Below, piece after piece: positions 27,874-37,980 of a stretch of DNA of 64,000 bases. Below the pieces are notes generated by a model. The model worked only from the letters and a program-made list of their open reading frames with translations, was not told the origin of the DNA and made no database searches. Origin of the DNA: Candidatus Multivoraceae bacterium (lineage in GTDB: Bacteria > Acidobacteriota > Thermoanaerobaculia > Multivoradales > Multivoraceae); the NCBI GenBank assembly GCA_965223385.1, contig CBDCWR010000007.1, positions 2,413,803 through 2,477,802 of the forward strand, read 5' to 3'. The translations under genes were made by a program, and so were the position numbers. Each line of letters starts with the position of its first letter. Positions within the stretch are counted from its first letter, which is position 1.

Positions 27874-29568
27874 ATGAGTGCGAACCGCAGGGCCCTGACG
27901 ATCTTCCAGATCACGCCTTCGATCGACGGTGCCGACGTGTCGAGCTTCGACCAGGTCGTGCAGGCCTCCGCTCTCACCGACCCTCAGCTGCAGACGACGG
28001 AGCTCCCGGCGGGCTTCGACTTCGACGGCCGGCTGTATGTGATCGCCCCGGCCCCCGAGGAGCCGCGCTGGGGGGCGTTCCTGCGCGAGGGTTTCGGCGA
28101 CACGTTCAACCTGTCCGCCACGGCGACCAACCGCGCACTGCTCGTGATCCGTTTTCGCTACTACAACGCCGACCGCTACTTCGCGGTTGCGTTCGGCGCG
28201 GGCCGCCACCTGATGCGTCGTGACGCCTACGTGCGCTCGTTCGGGCTGAAGGCGGCGCTCAACCTGATTTACGAAGACGACGTCCTCGACGGCAGCGCGT
28301 CGAGCGATCGCGTGCGCCAGGTCGATTCGCGGACCGTCGCGGGTAACACGTTCCGGACGCGGCGCCAGGCGAACCGCGACACCACCTTCGAGCAGTTCGG
28401 CTTGGACACCGAGCGCGATCTGCTGAGCACGGTCACCGGGGAGCCGAGTGATCGGACCGAGCTGGGCTCCCGCGTCTTTGGTGCCGATCACGTCGGCGTC
28501 AATCTGCCGATCGACTTCTCCGGCCTCGTCGGCCTCTGCAAGAGGCTCTGGCGGGCGGGGCGTGCCGACGACTACGAGACGCACTTCAGCTGGATCGACA
28601 ACCTGTCGGCGATCGCGGAGCCCGCGCGCCTCGAGGCGCTGCGCTCCGCGGTGGTGCAGCAGCTGCGCGATGGTGCCGTGGGCGCCTTCGAACTGGCACC
28701 ACCGGAACTGGTCGACTTCGACGCGATCGAGACCTTCCGGATCGAGGTCGGCGCCAACGACGTCTCGGTGGCCGACCTCACTCTCAGCGCGTACCTCGCA
28801 CTGTTCGACGCTGGCGGACTCGCGGCGCTCACCTGGGACCGCATGAAGTCGCACCGTGTCGCCGCGCTGTCGGCCCAAGGTGAGCTCCTCCACAGGTGGC
28901 CCGTCTCCGACTGCCTGTTCGGCGAGCTGGACGACGACGGCGAGACCGTGCTGCTCGACGCGGCCGAGTTCTTCGCCGTCGCCGCCGACTTTCTGGCCGA
29001 CCTCGACGCGTTCGTCGCGGCGATCCCGGAGTCCGACGTCGACCTTCCCGACTCACGCATCGACGCGAACGGCCGGGAGATCAGCGAGGGGGTCTACAAC
29101 GTGGAGGCAGCGCAACACCTTCCCACGCATCTGCTGCTCGACAAGCGCACCGTCAGGGTGGCACCCAACACGAGCTCGATCGAGATCTGTGACGTGCTCA
29201 CGACGGACCGCAAGTTCGTGCACGTGAAGCGCAAGCTGGGCTCCGCGTCGCTGAGCCATCTCTTCTCGCAGGGCTACGTGTCGGGCGACCTGTTCGTGAC
29301 CAGCCACGAGTACCGCACGGCCGTTGCCGCCGAGATTGCAGCTGCCGAGGCAGACAAGGGCTCCGGGCCGATCTTCACGAACGCGCTCGACTTCCAGGCC
29401 CCCGACCCGGCTGCGATCGAAGTGGTCTACGCGGTGGTGGCCAACTGGAACGGCGACAGCGTGGTCGACCGCCTGCCGTTCTTCTCGAAGGTCAACCTGC
29501 GCCGCCACGCCACCGACCTGAGACGCCTCGGCTACGAGGTGACGTTCAAGCGCATCGACATTGCGTGA
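27874..29568 (+). CDS. DUF6119 / TIGR04141-like sporadically distributed protein (function unknown)
   Basis: ATG at 27874 has a GGGAGGTG RBS. The 564-aa product has a C-terminal region KFVHVKRKLGSASLSHLFSQGYVSGDLF that resembles, from memory, the TIGR04141 family. It abuts the left end of the low-GC island. Family assignment is tentative. Confidence 0.55.
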   Translation: MSANRRALTIFQITPSIDGADVSSFDQVVQASALTDPQLQTTELPAGFDFDGRLYVIAPAPEEPRWGAFLREGFGDTFNLSATATNRALLVIRFRYYNADRYFAVAFGAGRHLMRRDAYVRSFGLKAALNLIYEDDVLDGSASSDRVRQVDSRTVAGNTFRTRRQANRDTTFEQFGLDTERDLLSTVTGEPSDRTELGSRVFGADHVGVNLPIDFSGLVGLCKRLWRAGRADDYETHFSWIDNLSAIAEPARLEALRSAVVQQLRDGAVGAFELAPPELVDFDAIETFRIEVGANDVSVADLTLSAYLALFDAGGLAALTWDRMKSHRVAALSAQGELLHRWPVSDCLFGELDDDGETVLLDAAEFFAVAADFLADLDAFVAAIPESDVDLPDSRIDANGREISEGVYNVEAAQHLPTHLLLDKRTVRVAPNTSSIEICDVLTTDRKFVHVKRKLGSASLSHLFSQGYVSGDLFVTSHEYRTAVAAEIAAAEADKGSGPIFTNALDFQAPDPAAIEVVYAVVANWNGDSVVDRLPFFSKVNLRRHATDLRRLGYEVTFKRIDIA

Positions 29569-29784
29569 GGACGGGGTTCGGTTGGTCAAGATGCGCCGAG
29601 GCGCTCGTAGCGGCGAGGTCCGCGGGGGGCTGACCTAGCGACTCGAGTCGGTAGCGCGGAGGATTACGGAACCGCGTCCGTCTGGAGGCGAAAGAGCAAC
29701 GCTCCGTTCGCGCATCGACGACGTCTCGGCGCATCGGGCTCCGGCCTTTCTCCGACCGCCCAGCCCCATTGAGGGAGAATCAAG

Positions 29785-30036
29785 GTGTCATTTCAAGAAC
29801 TCTATGTGCGACTGAAGAGGACTCTTGGGCAACTGACGGGCCGGGACTGGCGAGAGGTCTTCGCACACCAGAACCTCAGCGAGGACCTTGGGTTCAGCGG
29901 CTCTGGCAAGCGTGCCCTTGCCTCCGACCTCAACCAGGAGTTCGCCGCGGAAGAGTTGCAGCTGACACCTGACGAAACGGGAGCCGCGGAGACGGTTCGG
30001 GACCTTGCCCGGCTCATTCAAGAGGAGCTTGGCTAG
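29785..30036 (+). CDS. Small hypothetical protein (83 aa), weakly acyl-carrier-protein-like
   Basis: GTG start with GAGGGAG 7 nt upstream. SEDLGFSGSGKRALASDL...TVRDLARLIQEEL loosely resembles an ACP 4-helix bundle but lacks the DSL phosphopantetheine serine motif. Its stop is 2 nt before the next gene. Confidence 0.45.
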   Translation: MSFQELYVRLKRTLGQLTGRDWREVFAHQNLSEDLGFSGSGKRALASDLNQEFAAEELQLTPDETGAAETVRDLARLIQEELG

Positions 30037-30038
30037 GT

Positions 30039-31229
30039 TTGGCCATGGACCTTCTACGAACAGGGCTCCTTCTCTCCTTGGCTTTTGCCGCAGCGAGTGC
30101 CGCAAGAGCTGCAGATCTCGCTGATGTCCGCGCCTGTGATCAGGATGGCAGTGGCCTGGTCGAGGAGGACGAGCTGCGCTTCTGCCTTTTGAGCGTTCTC
30201 GAGCCCGAGGCCGCGGACCTCGATACGAACAAAGATGGAGCGATCTCTGCGAAAGAAGCTCGGGTCTACTGGGAGCCCGATCTGCTCGACCTAAGAGAGC
30301 GCTACGGTCCGCCACCGTACACGGTGAAACAGCTAGCTGACTTCTTCCCTCTCGAGGGCGAGTTGTCGCTTGGCGGAGTCTTGATCCGGAGGAGCTATCA
30401 GCAGGTCACGCTCAGTGAGCCGGCGAAGTCCTTCAAGAAGGCCGAAGGGGCGCTGTTCTCTTTCTCGGACGACCAGGCCAACGACGTGGAGTCGTGGCAG
30501 GCAAAGGGTGCCGTTATCGGCGTGCTCAAACTTCGTGAGAAGTCAGACAAGGCGCTCACAGCGATTGGTTTCGTTCCAAGCCTAGAGTTCGAAAGGAACG
30601 GAGTAGATGGCCCGGACGAAACGCAGGCCGCCGGTGACTCAGGAGAGAGTCCGGATCCTCCTGAGGACGCTCAAGAGGAAGTCGACCGACTCGTTCTCCG
30701 GGCAGGCTTCGACTTCGAGGTCATCGGGAAAGGCCCGGGTCTGCAGAACTTTCGCATCTTTGTGGCGCACGCGACGGACTTCGACTTCGATAGCGGAGTC
30801 AACGCGATTCAGCTGCAGTGGGAACCCACTCACAACCAGTGGGGGCTTGGGGTGTTCCGACCGGTTGGAGGGATCAGACTGGACTACCGCCTGCGCTTTC
30901 TCGTTCACGCTGAGCTTGGGGAGATTGGTGAGGCTGGCGAGAAGCTGGCGTTGGAGGAAGACGACACGTTTTCCCGATTGGGACCGGAGGTCCAACTCGA
31001 GCTTCAGCCGAGTGGCTTCAGAAGGCTCACGCTGAAAGCCCAGTGGAGAAACTTCTATCGCGTGGGCGGGGACGGCCCAGACCACGTCGAGATGTTCATC
31101 GCCGGTGCCGCTCTCTCACTTGACCGAGACGGCCACTTCTCCCTTGAAGCGGAGTACCAGAACGGGAGGGCCGAGTTGACCCTCGAGGACACAGACCTGC
31201 GAAAGGTCGGTCTGGCGATCAAGTTCTGA
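30039..31229 (+). CDS. Secreted EF-hand calcium-binding protein (two canonical EF loops) with a large uncharacterised C-terminal domain
   Basis: Signal peptide (MAMDLLRTGLLLSLAFAAASAARA), then DQDGSGLVEEDE and DTNKDGAISAKE, both perfect 12-residue EF-hand loops. The roughly 300-aa C-terminal domain is unknown. TTG at 30039 or ATG at 30045. Confidence 0.65.
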   Translation: MAMDLLRTGLLLSLAFAAASAARAADLADVRACDQDGSGLVEEDELRFCLLSVLEPEAADLDTNKDGAISAKEARVYWEPDLLDLRERYGPPPYTVKQLADFFPLEGELSLGGVLIRRSYQQVTLSEPAKSFKKAEGALFSFSDDQANDVESWQAKGAVIGVLKLREKSDKALTAIGFVPSLEFERNGVDGPDETQAAGDSGESPDPPEDAQEEVDRLVLRAGFDFEVIGKGPGLQNFRIFVAHATDFDFDSGVNAIQLQWEPTHNQWGLGVFRPVGGIRLDYRLRFLVHAELGEIGEAGEKLALEEDDTFSRLGPEVQLELQPSGFRRLTLKAQWRNFYRVGGDGPDHVEMFIAGAALSLDRDGHFSLEAEYQNGRAELTLEDTDLRKVGLAIKF

Positions 31230-31660
31230 GAAGACCGCTTCGGTCCGCCGTCTGGACGGTGCCTAAATGACAGTGAAGGAACGTACGTCCTGGTCCGCGC
31301 CTCAGCGCCGACCTTCTCGGCGAGTCATGTCCTTCCTTCTTGCGGTCAAATCGGGCGTTGGCGCCATCTCGAGATCCTCCTGGAAGACTCACGCTGGCTT
31401 TCGGCTCGGACGCGAGGATCACGCAGGCCGACGGAGCGTTTCCCGGCCTTTCGGTTGGGTCGACTCAGGAGCGGGTCTGGCGCCTTATCCGGCCAGCAGC
31501 CTCATGTAAGTTCGTACTACGGCACGAAGGAGACTCGTCCAGCGGGTGGGCGCCGCTTTCGGCATCGCTCCTCAGACCTCGATGCAGACGGGGGTTCTGC
31601 GGACCGTGAGATCCGAGTCCTGGATCTGCTGACAGACCTCCTCTCCTGGCCCTTGCGAAA

Positions 31661-31710
31661 TGGAGCCGATGAGCGGACTTGAACCGCTGACCTGCTGATT
31701 ACGAATCAGT
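31661..31710 (-). other. tRNA-Thr(CGU)-derived 3' half (anticodon arm to CCA), probable integrase att-core remnant, not a functional tRNA
   Basis: The minus strand reads CTGATTCGTAATCAG-CAGGTC-AGCGGTTCAAGTCCGCT-CATCGGCT-CCA, with a UUCGUAA anticodon loop, T-arm, acceptor 3' strand and CCA. No matching 5' acceptor or D-arm follows. A P4-type int N-terminus starts 125 bp away. Confidence 0.55.
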
Positions 31711-31835
31711 GATCGTCTGTTTGTGGGCCTTTGCGCGTGTTTGCGAACCCGCGTTGCTGCTGAATTCTAGGGGAAGCATGGGGTGTGCTCTATGTCGCGG
31801 TTTGCGTGTCGTGGATGGTACAGTGATGGTACGGT

Positions 31836-32231
31836 ATGCGAGGGAGAATCACCAAGAAGGCTGTCGATGGATTGGCTCCGCGAATGGGTGCCGATGGTGC
31901 CCTTCGTGCTGAGCGGTTGTGGGATACGGATGTCACTGGCTTTGGGTGCCTGGTGACGAAGTCCGGGCACAAGAGCTACATCTTTCAGTACCGAACGCGG
32001 CAGCAGGCAAGCAGGACGCCCAAGCGGCTGACGATTGGGGCGCATGGCGAGCTCACCCCGGATGAAGCGCGCACCATTGCTCGAGAACTCCTGTTCAAGG
32101 TCCGCTCCGGAGAGGATCCGGCTCTTGAGTGGAGAAGGGTCAAAGGTGAGACGTTCGGAGACCTCGCGGATCACTTCATGCGCACGTACCTGCCGGCGAA
32201 GAAGCGGCCTCCGAGGGCATCCACCAGAAGT
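31836..32231 (+). pseudogene. P4-type tyrosine integrase, N-terminal (DUF4102 arm-binding) fragment truncated by IS insertion
   Basis: ITKKAVDGLAPRMGADGALRAERLWDTDVTGFGCLVTKSGHKSYIFQYR...GELTPDEARTIARELLFKVRSGEDP is a typical arm-DNA-binding domain. The ORF reads through into the IS terminal repeat at about 32231. No catalytic domain lies downstream. Confidence 0.65.
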
Positions 32232-32260
32232 GAATCGCTCCGAGTTTCCCGGAGACCTTT

Positions 32261-33495
<1,235 letters not shown>

Positions 33496-33649
33496 GACTC
33501 CGATTCTCCCAAGGAATGGAGTCTCCGGGATTCCCGGTGCGGTTCAGTAGTGATTCTGCGCCATCTCGATACCAACGTTGAGCGCATGCTTGGGAGAGTG
33601 CCGCGACACAGAGAGCTGCGTGAGTTAATCAGGACTTTCATCGAGACTG

Positions 33650-34105
33650 GTGGCGCACCTCTCGGTTGATCACCCGGCCGGGGAGGACTTCGTGAGTCTG
33701 AAAGTAGTTGAGCCGTCCGAGAATCTCCATCGCGCTGTGGCTAATGTCACAAGGAGACTCAACGAAATGGGCTACGAGGGTCCAACGCCACGCGACGCGA
33801 CTGGAGTGGTCATCGTTGGGCGCGAGGTTGTCGGTGCGTTTTGTCTCAGCGACTTCACGGCCCCGCCGGGCGCGACGAGACTGAAGTGGATGGGCTCCAC
33901 AGAAACGGCAGAACGGAACAAACTCAGGGTTGGTACCTTCATCGTCCGGCACGCCGTGGCCGAAGCTAGAGCTGATGGGTTCGAAGAGATCCTCCTCTCG
34001 GTACGAGGGACCAACGAGCGCGCCATTCGCCTATACACGAGGGAGGGCTTCCGCCTCACCGGGAAAGGCAACGAGCAAGAGCTGGAAATGCGCCGTACGC
34101 TCTAG
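33650..34105 (+). CDS. GNAT-family N-acetyltransferase
   Basis: A 151-aa product with GTNERAIRLYTREGFRLTG (GNAT motif A/B region). GTG start. Confidence 0.65.
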   Translation: MAHLSVDHPAGEDFVSLKVVEPSENLHRAVANVTRRLNEMGYEGPTPRDATGVVIVGREVVGAFCLSDFTAPPGATRLKWMGSTETAERNKLRVGTFIVRHAVAEARADGFEEILLSVRGTNERAIRLYTREGFRLTGKGNEQELEMRRTL

Positions 34106-34173
34106 GCGTCCCGTCCGAGGATCCCGATTGCTGCCCTCATTCGTACAGGTCGATGATGATCTTTGATGAGCCC

Positions 34174-35898
34174 CTAGAGGTTCCCGAGCACGGTAGCCAT
34201 GGCTCGTTTCTCGGCCTCCTGCTGCTCGAATTCGCCGGAGTGCTGCATGATCGCCGCTCGCTCTTCGAACTCCTCTCGAAGGTCCGGAGACAGCTGATCG
34301 CCTAGCTGGCGAGCCGACAGAGGGTCGGGCGCCTCGAGTTGCAGCGGTGGGCGATCGGTCTCCCTAGATATCTCTTGTCCCCTAGTAGTACCTAGGGACT
34401 CCGAATGGTCGCAAGGGTCGCAAGAACCCTGACGAGAGCGGGGTTCTGAGCCGTTCAAGGTCGCAAGGTCTTGCGGGTTGGCGGTGTTGGCCAAGTCGCA
34501 AGGTCGCAAGGAGCTATACGTGCATGGGGAGGATTGGGGGTCGAGGCCGCGTTCGTGAGCAACTCGGAGAACGGCAGCAATCGAGCGGCGCTTCAGGCTA
34601 GCGTTGTTGTGCCAGACGGACTCTGAAGGAATCCCTAGCCGCTTGAGGGTAGTTCCAAGCTTCGCAATGCTGATAGGCCTGCCTTCCTTGTAGTTGCCCC
34701 AGCGCTCGGGGGCTTCGCCGATCATGTGCTGCTGCAGCTCTTTGGTACTGAAGGAGTCGCTCGGGTGTGCCTCCGCGAAAGAAAGGGCCGCCTCGAGAAT
34801 CTCCGTCTCGACGCTCTTGATTGGGCCTTGGCTTCGCTCCTGTAGCCAGCTGAGGAATGGGTGTCGTTCGCCAACAGCATCAGTCCTTTGCCGTAGCTCC
34901 TTGGCCAGCACCGTCATGGCGTTTCGTCCACCCGGTAGGTCCGTGAGTTTCTCGAGGTGCGGCCCAAGACCGTGAAATGGCCTGTTCCGCACGTACTCGG
35001 CAGCCCATTCGCCAAACGGCCTCCGAATCAAGTGGATCGCCTCCTCGAGTTGCTCTTGGGTGGGTGAGCGTTCTTCGACGAGGTCGGCCAGGTCCTCTCC
35101 GCCGCTACGGGCAGCAAAGAACTCGACAACGAGGACCGATTGCGCGACGTCCTCTAGAACTCGACCAGCGCCGAGAGCGTAGTCTCGCCCCACTCGATCG
35201 GCGTCAGGCCAGATCAGAACCCGGCTCGCTCCATCGAACGACGCTAGATGACGCTCATCGAGGTCTGTGCCGTTCGGAGCAGTTGTGGCGTTGAGCCCCA
35301 GTTTGACGGCAGCATCTGCCACTTTGCAGCCTTCCACCAAGTGAACATCTTCCCGGCGCTCAACTGCTCGACGTATCCGCTCTTCGCGATAGAGCTTGGG
35401 AGACAGATCGTCTAGCGCTGCGCGCCATTTGGGGCCGTCCTGACGCTGCCACATGAACCTCTTCTTGCCGCTCTCCAGGTCGTAGCGGAGAAGCCGTAGT
35501 GCTGGTCCTTCAATGGAGTCAAAGGCGTACTCGGTGACCCTAGCGTACGAGGTTGATGGCGGTGTGAGACCGTAGCAGGAGGCGAGGGCCACGATCGCAG
35601 CGAACCGTTCCTTTCCTACGGGTTCAACCCCGTAGCCAGCAGCAAGCTCAAGCCAGGTCCCTCCAGGCCGGTCGGGCAGAACGAGCGGCCCTAGCTTTCC
35701 GGGCTTGTAGATGATCCGGTCGGCGTGACGATGAAGGCGCCAGGGCTGATTGGGTGGAAGCTTGGTCGCTTGCCACTTGCCGTCCTTCCGGCGCTTCCAG
35801 CCGAGGTCCATGCCGATCACGCCAGCGATCGCGTTTGGATCTCGACCGATCGCCGGAAGTACGAACTGGTCGTAGAAGCTACCTGCTGAGGTGAGCAT
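34174..35898 (-). CDS. Primase-like replication protein with Toprim domain (integrative-element/satellite-type)
   Basis: About 574 aa from MLTSAGSFYD. SRVLIWPDADRVGRDYALGAG is a Toprim DxD motif. It sits in an int-alpA-primase arrangement. The in-frame ORF extends to 35985. Confidence 0.6.
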   Translation of the reverse strand: MLTSAGSFYDQFVLPAIGRDPNAIAGVIGMDLGWKRRKDGKWQATKLPPNQPWRLHRHADRIIYKPGKLGPLVLPDRPGGTWLELAAGYGVEPVGKERFAAIVALASCYGLTPPSTSYARVTEYAFDSIEGPALRLLRYDLESGKKRFMWQRQDGPKWRAALDDLSPKLYREERIRRAVERREDVHLVEGCKVADAAVKLGLNATTAPNGTDLDERHLASFDGASRVLIWPDADRVGRDYALGAGRVLEDVAQSVLVVEFFAARSGGEDLADLVEERSPTQEQLEEAIHLIRRPFGEWAAEYVRNRPFHGLGPHLEKLTDLPGGRNAMTVLAKELRQRTDAVGERHPFLSWLQERSQGPIKSVETEILEAALSFAEAHPSDSFSTKELQQHMIGEAPERWGNYKEGRPISIAKLGTTLKRLGIPSESVWHNNASLKRRSIAAVLRVAHERGLDPQSSPCTYSSLRPCDLANTANPQDLATLNGSEPRSRQGSCDPCDHSESLGTTRGQEISRETDRPPLQLEAPDPLSARQLGDQLSPDLREEFEERAAIMQHSGEFEQQEAEKRAMATVLGNL

Positions 35899-36130
35899 CG
35901 TCGTCGTGCCTCGCGACCGTCTCGGGCTCGTCGATGGCTGGCAGCGACTCGAGGTATTCCTCGATCTCGCGTCGAAGCCAGGCACTTACTCTTGGGCCGA
36001 GTCTTCTAGGAGCGGGGAAGGTGCCGTTCTTGACCCATCGATAGAGAGTTGGGACAGAGACGCCGAGAAGTTTGGCTGCCGCGGAGGGCCTCAACATCAA
36101 CGAGAGGTCTGCGGAATCGTGAGTCATCAA
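35879..36130 (-). CDS. AlpA-family phage regulatory protein / excisionase (HTH)
   Basis: MLRPSAAAKLLGVSVPTLYRWVKNGTFPAPRRLGPRVSAWLRREIEEYL has the AlpA/Xis MerR-like HTH signature. The likely true start is the internal Met at 36097. Confidence 0.7.
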   Translation of the reverse strand: MMTHDSADLSLMLRPSAAAKLLGVSVPTLYRWVKNGTFPAPRRLGPRVSAWLRREIEEYLESLPAIDEPETVARHDDDAHLSR

Positions 36131-36421
36131 AGTCTCCTGGCGGTGGGGCTGGCGCCGTCACCACCGCTCTCCGTTGGACGTGTCTTTCGACCACGCGACG
36201 ACGCACAACCTATTGTCGTAGGCCATGGAAGTACTTAGCGATGCATCACGTCTCAAGACGCTTCGGAGTGCCTTCGGAGGTCGCTGAGTGCGGGGCGGCT
36301 GCGAGTGGAGCCCGGAAGGGGCTTCTCGAGTCGGGATGAGCTTTCTGAACGACTCCAGTCGGTCAGAACCTGATCGCCGTGCCGCGAAAAGAGGGCTCAA
36401 GGCGATCTTGGGCTTGCGGCG

Positions 36422-37636
36422 CTAGGCTCCTTGGCTGAACGGGACCACAGACGCAAGCCCTGAGCCGCTAGCGATACCCCTGACGCGCTCGCCCCAAAGC
36501 TCGAGGGCCGCCCTCTTCTCGTCGTCGTAGGCGTGACGGTTGTAGATGGCAGTTATCGAATGGTCCGCGTGATTGAGGATGCGGCTGATGATCGGTGGCT
36601 CGACGCCAAGCCGAGCCATGTGCGTGGCCGCGGTCCGTCGAAAGTCATGGGGTGTCCAGTCACGTGTGCCACTTCGCTGGCGTAGACGGCTAGTCGCTCG
36701 AGTGAGACGGCCGATAGGGCGACCAGGGTTTACGGGACTCTCGAACACGAACTCGTTGTGGCCTGTCGTGTCCTCCAGTCGGAGGATCGACTCCATGGCT
36801 AGCTCCGACAATGGAACGCGGCTCGCTCTAGCACTCTTCGTGTCAGCCGCGGGAATTGTCCACCAGGCGCCCTCGATGTCTACCCATCGCATCGTCCGGA
36901 CCTCACCAGGCCGTTGGGCGGTGAGGAGCAGGACGCGGTACATCGCCGCGGTGACGGGCTGCTCGTCGTTGAGGGCGCTCCAGACAGCTTCGATCTCCTC
37001 CTCGGAAAGTCGGCGCTCCTTTGGAGTCTCCTTCGCTGGCCTGTCCACCAGCAAGGCGGGGTTCGTGTCCGCGTAGCCTCGCTGTAGGCCGAAGTTGAAC
37101 ATCTTCGAGATGAGCGCTCGAAGCCGATTTGCCGCTACGGGTGCTCTCTTGGCCTTCTCATCGAGGAGGCGAGCGACCTCGACTCGCCCGATTTCGGCCA
37201 CGGGGATGCCTGACCACGCAGGCAGTAAGTCGGACCGGAGATAGCGTTCGTCTTCGCGCCAGGACGATTCGCGCTTTTCTCTGCGGGCGTAGTTGTCGAG
37301 GTAGTCGGAGGCAAGAGCCTCGAAGGTGCGGCCAGCGGCAAGCGCAGCGGCGCGCTGAGCGCTCTTCTGCTCCGCTACGGGGTCGAGGCCATCGGCGACG
37401 TCCTGGCGGAGCCTGCGGGCCCGTTTGCGAGCGTCTGAGAGGCTCAGGTCAGGGTAGTTGCCGAGCTTCTTGCGACGCTGCCCGCCATCAGGTCGTCGGA
37501 AACGGAGCATGAACGCCTTGGAGCCGTCGCAATTGACTCGGAGGACCAGGCCTGGAACTTCGCCGTCTCGGATCTCATAGCGCCGTGTTCGAGGCAGGAG
37601 GGATCGAATAGTCCTGTCCTGGAGGATTGTGGCCAT
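36422..37636 (-). CDS. Tyrosine-type site-specific integrase (P4-like, DUF4102 N-terminus), apparently intact
   Basis: Starts at MATILQDRTIRSLLPRTRRYEIRDGEVPGLVLRV. The catalytic region has HDFRRTAATHMARLG...ILNHADHSITAIYNRH (R..H..R..Y). The in-frame ORF extends to 37810. Confidence 0.85.
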   Translation of the reverse strand: MATILQDRTIRSLLPRTRRYEIRDGEVPGLVLRVNCDGSKAFMLRFRRPDGGQRRKKLGNYPDLSLSDARKRARRLRQDVADGLDPVAEQKSAQRAAALAAGRTFEALASDYLDNYARREKRESSWREDERYLRSDLLPAWSGIPVAEIGRVEVARLLDEKAKRAPVAANRLRALISKMFNFGLQRGYADTNPALLVDRPAKETPKERRLSEEEIEAVWSALNDEQPVTAAMYRVLLLTAQRPGEVRTMRWVDIEGAWWTIPAADTKSARASRVPLSELAMESILRLEDTTGHNEFVFESPVNPGRPIGRLTRATSRLRQRSGTRDWTPHDFRRTAATHMARLGVEPPIISRILNHADHSITAIYNRHAYDDEKRAALELWGERVRGIASGSGLASVVPFSQGA

Positions 37637-37820
37637 GTTTGCGAATGCCTCCTCCGCGACTCGGGACACGTGGGGGACGCGCCGACATCGCGATTTGGTG
37701 AGGCAGCATGCTACATCATGGAGTCTCTTGAGACCAGCTGTAACCCATACAAAATGTATTGTTTGGGCGCCATGACTCAGTTTGAACCCTTCCGTGCGGG
37801 ACTCGTTCAAGAGAGCGGGA

Positions 37821-37871
37821 CACTGACTGAAAATCAGGGTGTCGGTGGTTCAAATCCGCCTCTGGGCACCA
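37821..37871 (+). other. tRNA-Phe(GAA)-like 3' half (anticodon arm to CCA), att-core remnant, not an intact tRNA
   Basis: ACTGA-CTGAAAA-TCAGG GTGTC GGTGG-TTCAAAT-CCGCC TCTGGGC-A-CCA is canonical tRNA-Phe from the anticodon loop onward. No 5' acceptor (GCCCAGA) or D-arm lies upstream. It is 185 bp from the int start codon. Confidence 0.5.
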
Positions 37872-37980
37872 GCAACTCAAGGGTTTCGAGCGACCGAAAA
37901 CACGCTGCGTCTCGTAGGTCACCGATAGGTCACCTCGACGCGTCGTTTGAGAGCCGGGGGCAGACGAGAAGGGGAGGGAC

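Noticed and set aside
31661-31740. Possible intact tRNA-Thr gene on the minus strand
   Set aside because: The sequence beyond the anticodon stem (GCAAAGGCCCACAAACAGACGATCA) cannot pair with the acceptor 3' strand CATCGGC or form a D-arm, so only the 3' half is present.
37741-37871. Possible intact tRNA-Phe gene
   Set aside because: The 3' 51 nt are canonical, but no 7-bp 5' acceptor strand complementary to TCTGGGC and no D-arm can be formed from the upstream sequence. It is called an att-core remnant instead.
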